A DNA stretch of 64,000 nucleotides from Candidatus Villigracilis vicinus. Its GTDB lineage: Bacteria; Chloroflexota; Anaerolineae; Anaerolineales; Villigracilaceae. The stretch covers positions 82,831 to 146,830 of the forward strand of contig JADKIL010000006.1 of assembly GCA_016721315.1 (NCBI GenBank), given 5' to 3'. The notes beneath the pieces were generated by a model that worked only from the letters and a program-made list of their open reading frames with translations, was not told the DNA's origin and ran no database searches. The position numbers were made by a program, and so were the translations under genes. The first letter of the stretch is position 1; each line of letters begins with the position of its first letter. Shown piece after piece: positions 28,017 through 38,226 of this stretch.

Positions 28017-28182
28017 AAGAGACCTCCTCAAGTTCTTACCGCGCACAAACATCAATTTATGGTCAGGTTATGGACTATTTTTGCGTCCAGTTCTAATAAC
28101 ATTTCTGTAATATCTCCACCGAAATGCGAAAGGTATAATCCGCCTCGATCTAAAAAATAGCCAAGCAGTTCTCAGGAACGCC

Positions 28183-31100
28183 ATGCAATATTCCTATTCT
28201 CCTTACATCCTTCCTTTGATCTTCGTCGCGGGGATCGCCTTTTCCATCACTATTTACGCATGGAGGCGGCGCTTTGTTAACGGCGCGACGGCACTTGCCT
28301 TAATGGCATTGAGCATGGCGCTCTGGTCGCTCTTCTATGCACTTGAGATCGCCGGCGCAGACCTGAAGACCAAATTCTTTTGGGGAATTGCCCAATACGC
28401 GGGAATCCCATTCGCGCCGTATTTCTGGCTTGTATTCGCGATAAATTATGGGAATTACACCAACAATTGGCTGCAGCGCTTCGTCACGTGGGGCGTGATC
28501 TTGCCATTCACCACCTTTCTCCTTGCCGTCACCACCCAATGGCACGGATTGATCTGGAGTGAATACTCGGTCACTCAGCAGGGTGCATATTCTGCGATCA
28601 GTGCAGTGCATGGTGTCTGGTTCTGGGTACATTCTGCATTTTCTTATCTCTTGCTTTTGGCAGGGAGCATTGTGCTTACCCGCACGTTATTCCGAAACCA
28701 GAGCATGTATCGCGGACAGGTCATAGCCATGATCGTCGCCTTGCTCGCACCCTGGGCAAGCAATATTCTCTTTTTAACTGGCAATAGCCCTGTCCCCTAT
28801 CTGGACCCGACTCCATTTGCATTTACTGTCAGCATGGTGGCGATCACATGGGCGATCTTTGGATTCAGGCTGGTTAATATCGCTCCGATCGCTCGCGACC
28901 TCATTCTGGATTCGATGCGCGATGGCATGATCGTTCTGGATGTGCGCAAAAATATTGTGGATATCAACCAATCAGCAGCACGCATCATCGGCGTACCAGT
29001 AGAGTCCGCGTTGGGCAGGAATATGGATGATGTTCTGGTCCGCTGGGGACATATCGTCAGGCGCATTCATGAAGATCCAGAAGAGTGGACAGACTCGCTT
29101 GTCACCGGCAGCGGTGCATCCTACCAACAGTATGAATTGCGTTTTGCGCCGTTTGAAGATGCGCAAAATCAAGCATTGGGGCATGTGCTCATTTTGCGTC
29201 TGATCGTTGATGATCCTATCTTGCAGCTGCGTTCCAGGAGCTCAAATTCCCAGCCAGCGCCCAGCCCGCAGATACAGGAGCAGCCATCCCTTAAAGAGGA
29301 GACGGGCGATTCATCCATTCTGAACTTTCTAAAAAGAATCATCATCGTATCCACAAAGACTGATCTGGTCATTCCGCCAAATGTAAAGCCAAGCTGGCAT
29401 CAAGCATTGGAACGCGCCTTCACCATTATTCTTCGCATCATTGCGCTGGTGGGGACTGCCTTGCTGGTTATATTGGGAACAGGATTATCGCAGTATCAAC
29501 TGGTGTTCATTTCTTATACTGGCATTATCCTGTTTCTTTGGCTGCTTGGGGGCGTGAGGAATATCTCGTTCGGTATTAGAACTACTCTTTTCCTTTATCT
29601 CATTTATGGTCTTGGCGTGGTTGAGATCGTCAATTTTGGTTATTCAGTAGAGGGTTTTGTTTTCTTCATGTCACTGGTGGTCAGTGCGACCATATTGCGC
29701 GGACGCACTGGTGGGATATGGATGTGGTCGATCAGCCTTGGGACCATGGGCTTTTTGGGATGGCTCATTGGGTTGAGGACCCTTATTCCGTTTTCGGTCA
29801 ATGAAGCCCAGGTGATCCCGCACAGTGTATCAGCCGCATTAAGCAGTCTGTTTGTGTTCGGAGCTGGCACCGGAGCAATGAGTGCGGCGATCACAGTATT
29901 GTTGGAAAACCTAAACCGTGCCTGGAATCAGGAAATGCAGGCATCAAACCTATTGCAACAAGAACGCGACCTGCTCGAACAGCGCGTGGAAGAGCGTACC
30001 CGCGAGCTTTTGGATGCACGTGACGAAGCGTTAAAAGCCAGCAAAAACCTGCGCCGGTATTATCGCGCCATTGAGCAGAGCGGCTCTAGCATTGTTATTA
30101 CTGATATCAAGGGCAATATCGAGTATGCCAACCCTCAATTTGAAAGATCCACTGGATATGCAGTTGAAAAAGTACTTGGCAAAAATCCGCGCTTCTTAAA
30201 ATCAGGTAGACAGACTACAGAGTATTACAAGAAATTATGGGATACGATCTCCTCTGGCGAGACCTGGCACGGCGAATTCCTTAACCGTCACAAGAACGGC
30301 ACACTCTTCTGGGAATTCGCCACAATTGCCCCGGTCATCGACTCAAGCGGCAAGATCATGAATTACGTTGCCATTAAAGAGAATATTTCAGAGCGGAAGC
30401 GCGTAGAAGACGAATTGCGTAAACTTTCGCGGGCGGTGGAGCAAAGCGGTAACACGGTCATCATCCACAACAAACAGGGTGAGATCGAATATGTAAACCC
30501 AAAATTCACAGAAATCACGGGCTATGCCTTTGAGGAAGCGCTTGGTAAAAAACCTGGTGACCTGATGCAAGGCAGTGAAAGCACACAACCACACGAGACT
30601 CAGGATTGGTGGATGACAGTCCAAACAGGAAGAACCTGGCACGGCGAATTCCACAACAAACGCAAAGATGGCAGCGAATTCTGGGAGTACGCAACCATTA
30701 CGCCAGTGTACGATCAGGATGGCATCATCTCAAATTTCGTAGAAATCAAACAAGACGTGACCGAAGAAAAGCTCCTGCAGGAATCTTTGCGGCGCTCACA
30801 TGAACAACAACAGGTCATCGATTCATTACTGCGCATCAGCCTTGAAGGTCGCCCGACCAACGATCTTTTGGAAGACATCATAGACCAATTACTGTCTATC
30901 AGCTGGATGAAACTAACTCCCAAGGGAGGCATTTTCTTGATGGACGAGAAGTCTCGCAAACTGCACCTGCACACCCATCGTAACCTTGCCCCGGAGTTAC
31001 AGGTCAAATGTGCCCAGATCGTACCAGGGCAATGCCTATGCGGACTTGCCGCCCTGAAAAAAGAGATCCAATTCTCCGATTGTCTCGATGATCGTCATAA

Positions 31101-32412
31101 TATCCGCTATGAAGGAATCGAAGAACACGGTCATTACAACATTCCCATTCTGCAAGGCGATCACATCTTGGGCGTAATCGTCCTGTATCTGCCGCATGGA
31201 TATAAAAAAATTAAAGAGGACGAACCCTTCCTACGCGCCGTTGCCGATGCCGTCTCCGGTATTCTCAGCCGAAAACGCGCCGAGGAATCACTCTTGGAAA
31301 GTGAAGCTCGCTTCCGTCAACTTGTTGAGAACGCCAGCGATATGATCTATCGCACCGACTTGAAGGGTAAATTCACCTACGCCAACCCTTCCGCCCTGAA
31401 TATGATGGGGTACGCCAGTGAAGAAGATGTACTTGGAAAAAGCTACCTCGAGTTGACCACTCCTGAATTTCGCCATAAGATGAAGCGCATCTACGACAGG
31501 CAAGCCCTAAGCCGCACGATGAATACTTATTATGAATTTCCCGCCATCACTGTAAATGGACATATCGTTTGGGTCGGTCAAAATGTGCAGCTTATTATGG
31601 AAGGTGAAGAGATCATCGGGTTTCAGGCGGTAGGGCGCGATATCACCGCGTTGAAGCAGGCAAAGGACGCGCTTGCCCTCTCGCGTGATCAGGCGTTGGA
31701 TGCAAGCCGATTCAAAAGCCAATTACTTTCCAGGGTAAGTCACGAACTGCGTACACCATTGGGCGGTGTGTTGGGATACGCCGAGCTGCTTCAATACAAA
31801 ATGTTCGGCGAATTAAACGACAAACAAGTGGAAGCATTAGGCAATGTGGTCGAGAGCACCCGTTACCTCACCAATATCGTCAATGACCTTTTAGATGAAG
31901 CCCAGATCGAGTCACAATCGGTCACCTTGCATTATGATAATTTCAAAACTGCCGACCTGCTCGAACGTGTTACTGACACCATGCAGGTTCTTGCCAATAA
32001 AAAGGGACTTGAGTTCGAAGCGTTCATTGCCTCTGACCTTCCTGAAAAATTGCGTGGAGATTTCAAACGCCTTCAGCAAATTTTATTTAATCTAACCGGT
32101 AATGCCATAAAATTCACTACCACTGGGAAAGTGCATATATTGCTCTCAGCTTCATCCCCAACCAAATGGTGCATGGAGGTAAGCGATACAGGCGCGGGGA
32201 TTCCAGTAGAAGAACAGCAGAATATCTTCGAGCCTTTCCGCCAGGTCAGCAACGCATTGACGCGGGAAAACCGCGGATCTGGTCTGGGACTGGCGATCAG
32301 CAAACAACTGATAGAATTAATGGGCGGCAAGATCGCCCTCAAAAGTGAAGTTGGTGTCGGAAGTACATTCACAGTAACCTTACCAATCATTCAGTCAGAA
32401 GAACCCGCATGA
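28183..32412 (+). CDS. Multi-sensor histidine kinase (7TM, PAS, second TM block, PAS, PAS, GAF, PAS, HisKA, HATPase)
   Basis: SHELRTPL H-box, NLTGNAIKFT, DTGAGI, GSGLGL; repeated PAS segments. Confidence 0.92.
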   Translation: MQYSYSPYILPLIFVAGIAFSITIYAWRRRFVNGATALALMALSMALWSLFYALEIAGADLKTKFFWGIAQYAGIPFAPYFWLVFAINYGNYTNNWLQRFVTWGVILPFTTFLLAVTTQWHGLIWSEYSVTQQGAYSAISAVHGVWFWVHSAFSYLLLLAGSIVLTRTLFRNQSMYRGQVIAMIVALLAPWASNILFLTGNSPVPYLDPTPFAFTVSMVAITWAIFGFRLVNIAPIARDLILDSMRDGMIVLDVRKNIVDINQSAARIIGVPVESALGRNMDDVLVRWGHIVRRIHEDPEEWTDSLVTGSGASYQQYELRFAPFEDAQNQALGHVLILRLIVDDPILQLRSRSSNSQPAPSPQIQEQPSLKEETGDSSILNFLKRIIIVSTKTDLVIPPNVKPSWHQALERAFTIILRIIALVGTALLVILGTGLSQYQLVFISYTGIILFLWLLGGVRNISFGIRTTLFLYLIYGLGVVEIVNFGYSVEGFVFFMSLVVSATILRGRTGGIWMWSISLGTMGFLGWLIGLRTLIPFSVNEAQVIPHSVSAALSSLFVFGAGTGAMSAAITVLLENLNRAWNQEMQASNLLQQERDLLEQRVEERTRELLDARDEALKASKNLRRYYRAIEQSGSSIVITDIKGNIEYANPQFERSTGYAVEKVLGKNPRFLKSGRQTTEYYKKLWDTISSGETWHGEFLNRHKNGTLFWEFATIAPVIDSSGKIMNYVAIKENISERKRVEDELRKLSRAVEQSGNTVIIHNKQGEIEYVNPKFTEITGYAFEEALGKKPGDLMQGSESTQPHETQDWWMTVQTGRTWHGEFHNKRKDGSEFWEYATITPVYDQDGIISNFVEIKQDVTEEKLLQESLRRSHEQQQVIDSLLRISLEGRPTNDLLEDIIDQLLSISWMKLTPKGGIFLMDEKSRKLHLHTHRNLAPELQVKCAQIVPGQCLCGLAALKKEIQFSDCLDDRHNIRYEGIEEHGHYNIPILQGDHILGVIVLYLPHGYKKIKEDEPFLRAVADAVSGILSRKRAEESLLESEARFRQLVENASDMIYRTDLKGKFTYANPSALNMMGYASEEDVLGKSYLELTTPEFRHKMKRIYDRQALSRTMNTYYEFPAITVNGHIVWVGQNVQLIMEGEEIIGFQAVGRDITALKQAKDALALSRDQALDASRFKSQLLSRVSHELRTPLGGVLGYAELLQYKMFGELNDKQVEALGNVVESTRYLTNIVNDLLDEAQIESQSVTLHYDNFKTADLLERVTDTMQVLANKKGLEFEAFIASDLPEKLRGDFKRLQQILFNLTGNAIKFTTTGKVHILLSASSPTKWCMEVSDTGAGIPVEEQQNIFEPFRQVSNALTRENRGSGLGLAISKQLIELMGGKIALKSEVGVGSTFTVTLPIIQSEEPA

Positions 32413-32771
32413 CGAATCCACCTTATGCGGTCATCATCGAAGACGATGCCATGCTGAGTTTGATCTTCCAAACCACCTTGCAAAATGCAGGGTTCGACAC
32501 CGCCCTTGATATTTACGGGAACCAATATCAAGGGCTGATCGAAGCCGAACAACCCGCACTGATGATCCTAGATTTGCACCTGCCGTACGCTTCCGGCGTT
32601 GATATTCTCGCAGACGTGCGGGTACGCTGCCCCAAAACAGTGATCGCAATCGTTTCGGCAGATATCTTCAAACTAAAAGATCTGGAAGGCAAAGCCGACT
32701 ACGTGCTCGTAAAACCCATCAGCGTGGCGCGCTTGTTAAAAATAGCAGAAACCGTCAAAGAGGCCTTATGA
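32409..32771 (+). CDS. Single-domain response regulator
   Basis: IIEDD, LDLHLP, KP. Confidence 0.88.
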   Translation: MTNPPYAVIIEDDAMLSLIFQTTLQNAGFDTALDIYGNQYQGLIEAEQPALMILDLHLPYASGVDILADVRVRCPKTVIAIVSADIFKLKDLEGKADYVLVKPISVARLLKIAETVKEAL

Positions 32772-33120
32772 CCAACCCCATCGCTCTCGTCATCGAAGAT
32801 GACCCCAGCTAAACCGCATCTTCTCTCTCACCTTGAACGAAGATTTCACGACCGAAACATTTACAAACGGGCAAGATGCCCTTCAGCGCTTATCTGAAAT
32901 CACTCCACACCTGATCATCCTCGACCTCAACCTGCCCGGGGTGCAGGGCAATGAGATCCTGTCGCATATTCGTTCAGATGCTCGCCTCAAGAAGGTTACG
33001 GTCATTCTTGCCACTGCAGACCACCGTCAGGCAGATAGCCTGCAAGATCAAGCGGATTTCATCCTACTCAAACCCGTCAGCCCGATACAACTTAAACAGA
33101 TCGCATCACGAGTCAAATGA
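32768..33120 (+). pseudogene. Single-domain response regulator split by a 1-nt frameshift
   Basis: MTNPIALVIEDDP stops early; adding one C at CCCC 32803-32806 joins it to QLNRIF...LDLNLP...KP. Confidence 0.8.
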
Positions 33121-35393
33121 CCCGTTGGATTGAACCCTCTCCAATAGAGATTCCCGCATCTTTCCAAGCCTTGGGCTTGCCTCCTCTCGTCGCAGTGACT
33201 CTCCTCCGACGCGGGATCAACCGCCCCGAAGATGCTGAGGCGTTTCTTTATCCAGAAAAAAATCCTCCTGCTCAATTCCCGGAGATTGAAAAGACGGTTG
33301 CGCGGCTTTCTTTGGCTATCCGCAATCAGGAAAAGATATGCGTCTGGGGTGACTTTGATGTTGATGGTCAAACCTCCACTGCCCTGCTGGTACAAACCCT
33401 GCAAGCACTTAATGCACATGTGATCTTCTACATTCCCATCCGCGGCAAGGAAAGTCACGGCATTCACATCGATTCGCTCAAACCGATCATTGATGGCGGC
33501 ACTCAGCTGCTGCTCACTTGTGATACAGGCATCACCGCGCACACAGCCATAGACTATGCCAACTCGCGCGGCGTGGAGGTCATCATCACTGACCATCACG
33601 ACCCTGGTGAAACACTTCCAAACGCAAATTTCATTATCAATCCAAAATTATTGCCTGAAGGTCATCCGCTGAAAAATTTGGCGGGCGTAGGTGTGGCGTA
33701 TAAATTGGCTGCGGCGCTTTTGGAAACGAACAAAGAAGCCCAGCTTCACCATTCTTCCCTACTTGATCTCGTCGCTCTTGGTCTCATTGCCGATGTTGCC
33801 TTGCTTCAAAGTGAAACCCGTTCGCTTGCAAGGCAGGGCATTCAAGAACTGCGCGAAACAAAACGACCCGGTTTGAAAATCATGGCAGAACTTGCCAGCG
33901 CATCTTTAGAGACCCTCACTGAAGAAACGATCGGATTCACATTTGCGCCACGTTTGAACGCACTCGGTCGCCTTGGCGACGCCAACCCCGCCGTTGATCT
34001 GTTGATCACAAAAGAGTCGTCGCGCGCACGTGTACTTGCCGCCCAGATCGAAGGCTTGAATGCGCAGCGACGCATGCTGACAAAGCAAGTCTACGACGCT
34101 GCAGAAGCGCAGCTTCACGAAACCCCCGACCTGTTAACAGACCCAGTCATCATCCTTTCGCATCCCAATTGGCCGGGGGGTGTGGTCGGTATTGTGGCGA
34201 ATAAACTGATCGAACGATATCATAAGCCTGCCATTCTCTTCAGCGAGTCAGATGACGGAATCCTGCGCGGTTCAGCTCGCTCCATAGATGGGTTACATAT
34301 CACTGAAGCCATCGCTACTCAAAAAGAACTTCTGATCAGCTTCGGTGGTCACCCCATGGCTGCAGGCATGTCGCTGCACAAGGATGATCTACCTGCATTC
34401 CGCAAAGGGTTGGGTAAAGCCGTTGAAAAGCAACTGGGTTCCATCGTCTTTGAAGAACCTACGCTTCAGATCGATGCCTGGGTAGCCTTACCCGACCTCA
34501 ATATCTCTCTCGCTGAGAGTTTGGAAATGCTAGCTCCCTTTGGAGCAGGCAACCCTCAATTAACTTTTGCTGCACGCAATGTGACCTTGAAATCAGCAAC
34601 TACACTTGGCAAAGCCAAGGAACATCTGCGCCTGAACGTGGAAGATGCAAATGGGAATACCGCCAGTCTGCTGTGGTGGGGTGGCGCGGGCGAAGATTTG
34701 CCTGAAACAGGCAGTACATTCGATGTGGCATTTTCCATGCGTTCCAGCACTTTCCGCGGGCAGAAACAAGTCTCCTTGCAATTCAAGGAATTTCGCATCA
34801 CGAATGAAGCGCCCGTTGAGCTAAAAAGATCGAAGATCGAAATTCGCGATATGCGCCTGCAAAACGCATTGCTGAACGTACAACCTTCCACCCTCGTCTG
34901 GGCTGAAGGACCCGACCGTGCCGTGGGCGTCAACCGCCTCAACCTTACCCAGTCAGACGAACTGACCATTTACACCACGCCGCCCTCTCCCGCCGAATTA
35001 AGAAACGCGCTGGAAATCGTTAACCCCAAAACCGTATATGTTTTTGGGGTCTCCCCTGTCGAACAAAAACCAGATGAATTCCTGTCTTATCTGGCTGGGT
35101 TATGCAAGTACATCCTCAATCAACGTAATGGACAAGGCACTATTGACGAGCTTGCTGCCGCCTGTGCTGCGCGAAAAATCGTCATTCAGATCGGGTTGGA
35201 ATGGCTCGCAGCGAGTGGGCAACTCACCATCAACATGGAGGAAGATCTCGTTACCCTGACCAAAGGTCAGCAGGAGAAAAATCCATACCTGCAAGCGGAG
35301 TTGTACACCGCCCTGCAGGGACTCCTGAACGAGACTTCAGCTTTTAGAAAATATTTCTCAACAACCAATGACCTGCGATCGATCATCAAATAA
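33117..35393 (+). CDS. recJ: ssDNA exonuclease RecJ
   Basis: GDFDVDG, TDHH, APRLNALGRL, GGHPMAAG, PFGAGNP; extended C-terminus. Confidence 0.93.
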   Translation: MTRWIEPSPIEIPASFQALGLPPLVAVTLLRRGINRPEDAEAFLYPEKNPPAQFPEIEKTVARLSLAIRNQEKICVWGDFDVDGQTSTALLVQTLQALNAHVIFYIPIRGKESHGIHIDSLKPIIDGGTQLLLTCDTGITAHTAIDYANSRGVEVIITDHHDPGETLPNANFIINPKLLPEGHPLKNLAGVGVAYKLAAALLETNKEAQLHHSSLLDLVALGLIADVALLQSETRSLARQGIQELRETKRPGLKIMAELASASLETLTEETIGFTFAPRLNALGRLGDANPAVDLLITKESSRARVLAAQIEGLNAQRRMLTKQVYDAAEAQLHETPDLLTDPVIILSHPNWPGGVVGIVANKLIERYHKPAILFSESDDGILRGSARSIDGLHITEAIATQKELLISFGGHPMAAGMSLHKDDLPAFRKGLGKAVEKQLGSIVFEEPTLQIDAWVALPDLNISLAESLEMLAPFGAGNPQLTFAARNVTLKSATTLGKAKEHLRLNVEDANGNTASLLWWGGAGEDLPETGSTFDVAFSMRSSTFRGQKQVSLQFKEFRITNEAPVELKRSKIEIRDMRLQNALLNVQPSTLVWAEGPDRAVGVNRLNLTQSDELTIYTTPPSPAELRNALEIVNPKTVYVFGVSPVEQKPDEFLSYLAGLCKYILNQRNGQGTIDELAAACAARKIVIQIGLEWLAASGQLTINMEEDLVTLTKGQQEKNPYLQAELYTALQGLLNETSAFRKYFSTTNDLRSIIK

Positions 35394-35507
35394 ATCTTAC
35401 TCCCCCGGTATTTTCAAACGATTCATCCATTTATTAAAAAGCACCCATCACCTGTTATTCCCATTTCAACAACACAAGCGATAGAATGTACCTGAAATGG
35501 AGGAATC

Positions 35508-35948
35508 GTGACAGATAAAATTCCCGCCGCTTTTCTCGACCTGGCAACATGCCCTCCGGCTGCAGCATTGACGACCCTAATGCCCAACGGTCAACCTCAA
35601 ACCACACCCGTCTGGTGTGATTTTGATGGCACTCACATACGGATCAATACCATGAAGGGTTTTCGCAAAGAAAAAAACATGCGCGCCAACCCCAAAGTGA
35701 CCCTGCTCTGCTACGACCCGCGCCAACCTTTGCGTTCACTTGAGATCCGCGGTGAAGTGGTTGAAATGACCGAGGCAGGTGCTATGGAACACCTCGATCA
35801 TCTAACTTTTCTATATACGGGTAAAGCGCCCTATTTTGGTGCTTGTGTCCCGGCTGAGTTGAAAGAAAAAGAATATCCTGTTCTGTGCAAGATCCGGGTG
35901 ATACGCGTCGTCACGTTGGATGCGCGCAAAAAAGAGGCGGCTTCATGA
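35508..35948 (+). CDS. PPOX-class (split beta-barrel) flavin/F420-binding protein
   Basis: LTTLMPNGQPQTTPVW...K..N...NP.V. Confidence 0.85.
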   Translation: MTDKIPAAFLDLATCPPAAALTTLMPNGQPQTTPVWCDFDGTHIRINTMKGFRKEKNMRANPKVTLLCYDPRQPLRSLEIRGEVVEMTEAGAMEHLDHLTFLYTGKAPYFGACVPAELKEKEYPVLCKIRVIRVVTLDARKKEAAS

Positions 35949-36367
35949 AAAATTCCATTCCCGCCTCTCACATGGACCTGCTCACCCGCCCCATCCATGG
36001 AGTGTTAACGACCCTGATGACAAACGGTCAACCGCAATCCAGCCTTGTATGGTGCGATTTCGATGGCGAATGTGTCTGTGTCAACACCACACTCGAACGT
36101 CAAAAGGGACGGAATTTAAGCCGCAACCCAAACGCCAGCCTGCTTATTATCGATCCCGAAAACACAGCCCGGTTCATTCAGATCCGTGGGCAGGTCGAGA
36201 TCGTTCAAGTTGGCGCTCTCGAGCACCTCGACGAAATTACCAGAAAATACACAGAACATCCCCATTATTATGGCTATATCTTCCCGTTGGAAAAACGCGA
36301 ACACGAAACACGCATCATCTGCCGTCTTCATGCCGACAGGGTTACGCTTGATGCAATACACAGTTAA
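35945..36367 (+). CDS. PPOX-class flavin/F420-binding protein, tandem paralog
   Basis: LTTLMTNGQPQSSLVW...QKGRNL..NP; ATGA overlap with the upstream paralog. Confidence 0.85.
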   Translation: MKNSIPASHMDLLTRPIHGVLTTLMTNGQPQSSLVWCDFDGECVCVNTTLERQKGRNLSRNPNASLLIIDPENTARFIQIRGQVEIVQVGALEHLDEITRKYTEHPHYYGYIFPLEKREHETRIICRLHADRVTLDAIHS

Positions 36368-36381
36368 GTCCAAAGGTTAGT

Positions 36382-37311
36382 ATGAATCCAGATACTCTCT
36401 CCTGGCTGCTCAAAGGTGATCCTTCCATTCGCTGGCAAGTACAACGAGACCTGCTGCACCTCCCCTCAAGAAAATACAATAGCGAGCGCAATAAGATCGC
36501 AAAAGAAGGCTGGGGAAAACGCCTGATCGACCTCCAAGACCCCGATGGGCGCTGGGGCGGCGGGCTATACGGACCTAAATGGATATCCACCACGTACACC
36601 ATGCTAACCCTGCGCCTGTTAGGATTACCTCCGAAGCATCCACAGGCAAAACGCGGGGGTCAATTATTACTAAACGAAGGGTTTTACTCAGATGGGGGCA
36701 TTAACTTGTTCTCGTATTCATGGACATATAGTGAGACTTGTGTAACCAGCATGATCCTTGCCTTGCTGGCATACTTCAGATATCCAGATGAGCGCATTCA
36801 CAAAGTGGCTGGGTTTGTTATCAACCAACAAATGGCGGACGGTGGGTGGAATTGCGAATCGCCGAAAGGCGCTACTCATTCCTCGTTTCACACCACGATC
36901 TCTGCGCTTGAAGGGTTGTACGAATATGAATGTGCATTCCCTGAGATGAAAAAACAGGTCAGCCTGATCCGCGCCCGGGCACATGAATTCCTCCTGGCAC
37001 ATCGGATATATAAATCTCACCGAACAGGCAGGGTCTTTGATGCGAAAATGACGAGCATGCCATTCCCTCCCCGTTGGCGCTTTGATTTCCTGCGCGGATT
37101 GGACTATCTTCAAGCCTGCAACGCACCAAAAGACGAACGTATGTCTGAAGCGATCGATCTCTTACAACGCAAACAAAAGAAGGATGGACGTTGGGTTATG
37201 AACTCAGGCATGTCTGGCAGGAAATTTTTCGACCTCGAAACACCGGGACAGCCAAGCAGATGGAATACTTTGAGAGCGCTGCGAGTTTTGGAATGGTGGG
37301 ATAAGTCATAA
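36382..37311 (+). CDS. Prenyltransferase/squalene-cyclase-repeat-like protein of unknown function
   Basis: Three QW-like repeats (QDPDGRW, QMADGGW, QKKDGRW); no DxDD motif seen. Confidence 0.7.
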   Translation: MNPDTLSWLLKGDPSIRWQVQRDLLHLPSRKYNSERNKIAKEGWGKRLIDLQDPDGRWGGGLYGPKWISTTYTMLTLRLLGLPPKHPQAKRGGQLLLNEGFYSDGGINLFSYSWTYSETCVTSMILALLAYFRYPDERIHKVAGFVINQQMADGGWNCESPKGATHSSFHTTISALEGLYEYECAFPEMKKQVSLIRARAHEFLLAHRIYKSHRTGRVFDAKMTSMPFPPRWRFDFLRGLDYLQACNAPKDERMSEAIDLLQRKQKKDGRWVMNSGMSGRKFFDLETPGQPSRWNTLRALRVLEWWDKS

Positions 37312-37315
37312 GTTT

Positions 37316-37834
37316 CTAGGTTTCATAATCAATAAAATCATCCACGCCGAACAGATCTTCATACCGTGCAAGTAACGTTACAGCCTTTTGCAAAAAACTT
37401 TCATCCATCGCACTGAGCATCTTTTCTTTAACCTCAAGCATTTCTTTTTGGGCGAGCAAACGTTCTCGAAAACTGATCATGGACGATTTAGGCAGGAGCA
37501 ACTCGATCTCGCGGATCAATACCAATGTTTCCCTCACAATGATCAACCCATCCTGTAAAGATATGTCCTCTTCTAAAAGTTGGCGCAAGACTTTGCACTG
37601 GTATTTTTGGCAGCTGCGAGGATAATCTGGCGATGTATACACAGAACAGACGCCGTTCCACATTGCACAGGGCTGAGTGAAACCGCGCTGACGCGGATCA
37701 TTGCGGATAACGTCCAATCCGAGCTTTTCAACCTTCTCAAGTTCCGAAGCATTCAGCCGTACCCATGAAAAAAGGTGACCCGAACAGCACAACCCGCACG
37801 CCTTACAAAGAATATTCGCATCTGCATGGTTCAT
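37316..37834 (-). CDS. YkgJ-family cysteine-cluster protein
   Basis: CxxCGxCC followed by C, C, CxxYxC. Confidence 0.8.
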   Translation of the reverse strand: MNHADANILCKACGLCCSGHLFSWVRLNASELEKVEKLGLDVIRNDPRQRGFTQPCAMWNGVCSVYTSPDYPRSCQKYQCKVLRQLLEEDISLQDGLIIVRETLVLIREIELLLPKSSMISFRERLLAQKEMLEVKEKMLSAMDESFLQKAVTLLARYEDLFGVDDFIDYET

Positions 37835-38226
37835 AGAATGAAATAATATCGCAGCGAGTAAAAGCCTGCAAGCAATAAAATGCCATAAAAAATACAAAAA
37901 AACATCTTATATGAACGGGCGCGAGAATTCTTTTCCAAACTGAAATGTTTTCTTTTTAATTCAAAGTTTTATGCAATGTATAATTACCATCGTTGCGACC
38001 CAGATTCAAAAATGAATTTATTTATAAATCTTCAAGAATATCCCCACTTTTATTAAAGTCACAATTCTTTACGCAACATCTTAATAAGTATGGACTTTCA
38101 AGATAATTGAAATGGCAACACCGTAATGGAATTCAAAATTTGCGCAAGCCTTCAAAAATCGGTTGTCACGACGAAGAAATCCATGATATCTCCGTTATTT
38201 TATAACGATACAGAGAGGGGTCTGAA

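Noticed and set aside
37835-38226. AT-rich 390-bp spacer as an island boundary or ncRNA
   Set aside because: No repeats, integrase or convincing structure; consistent with divergent promoters.
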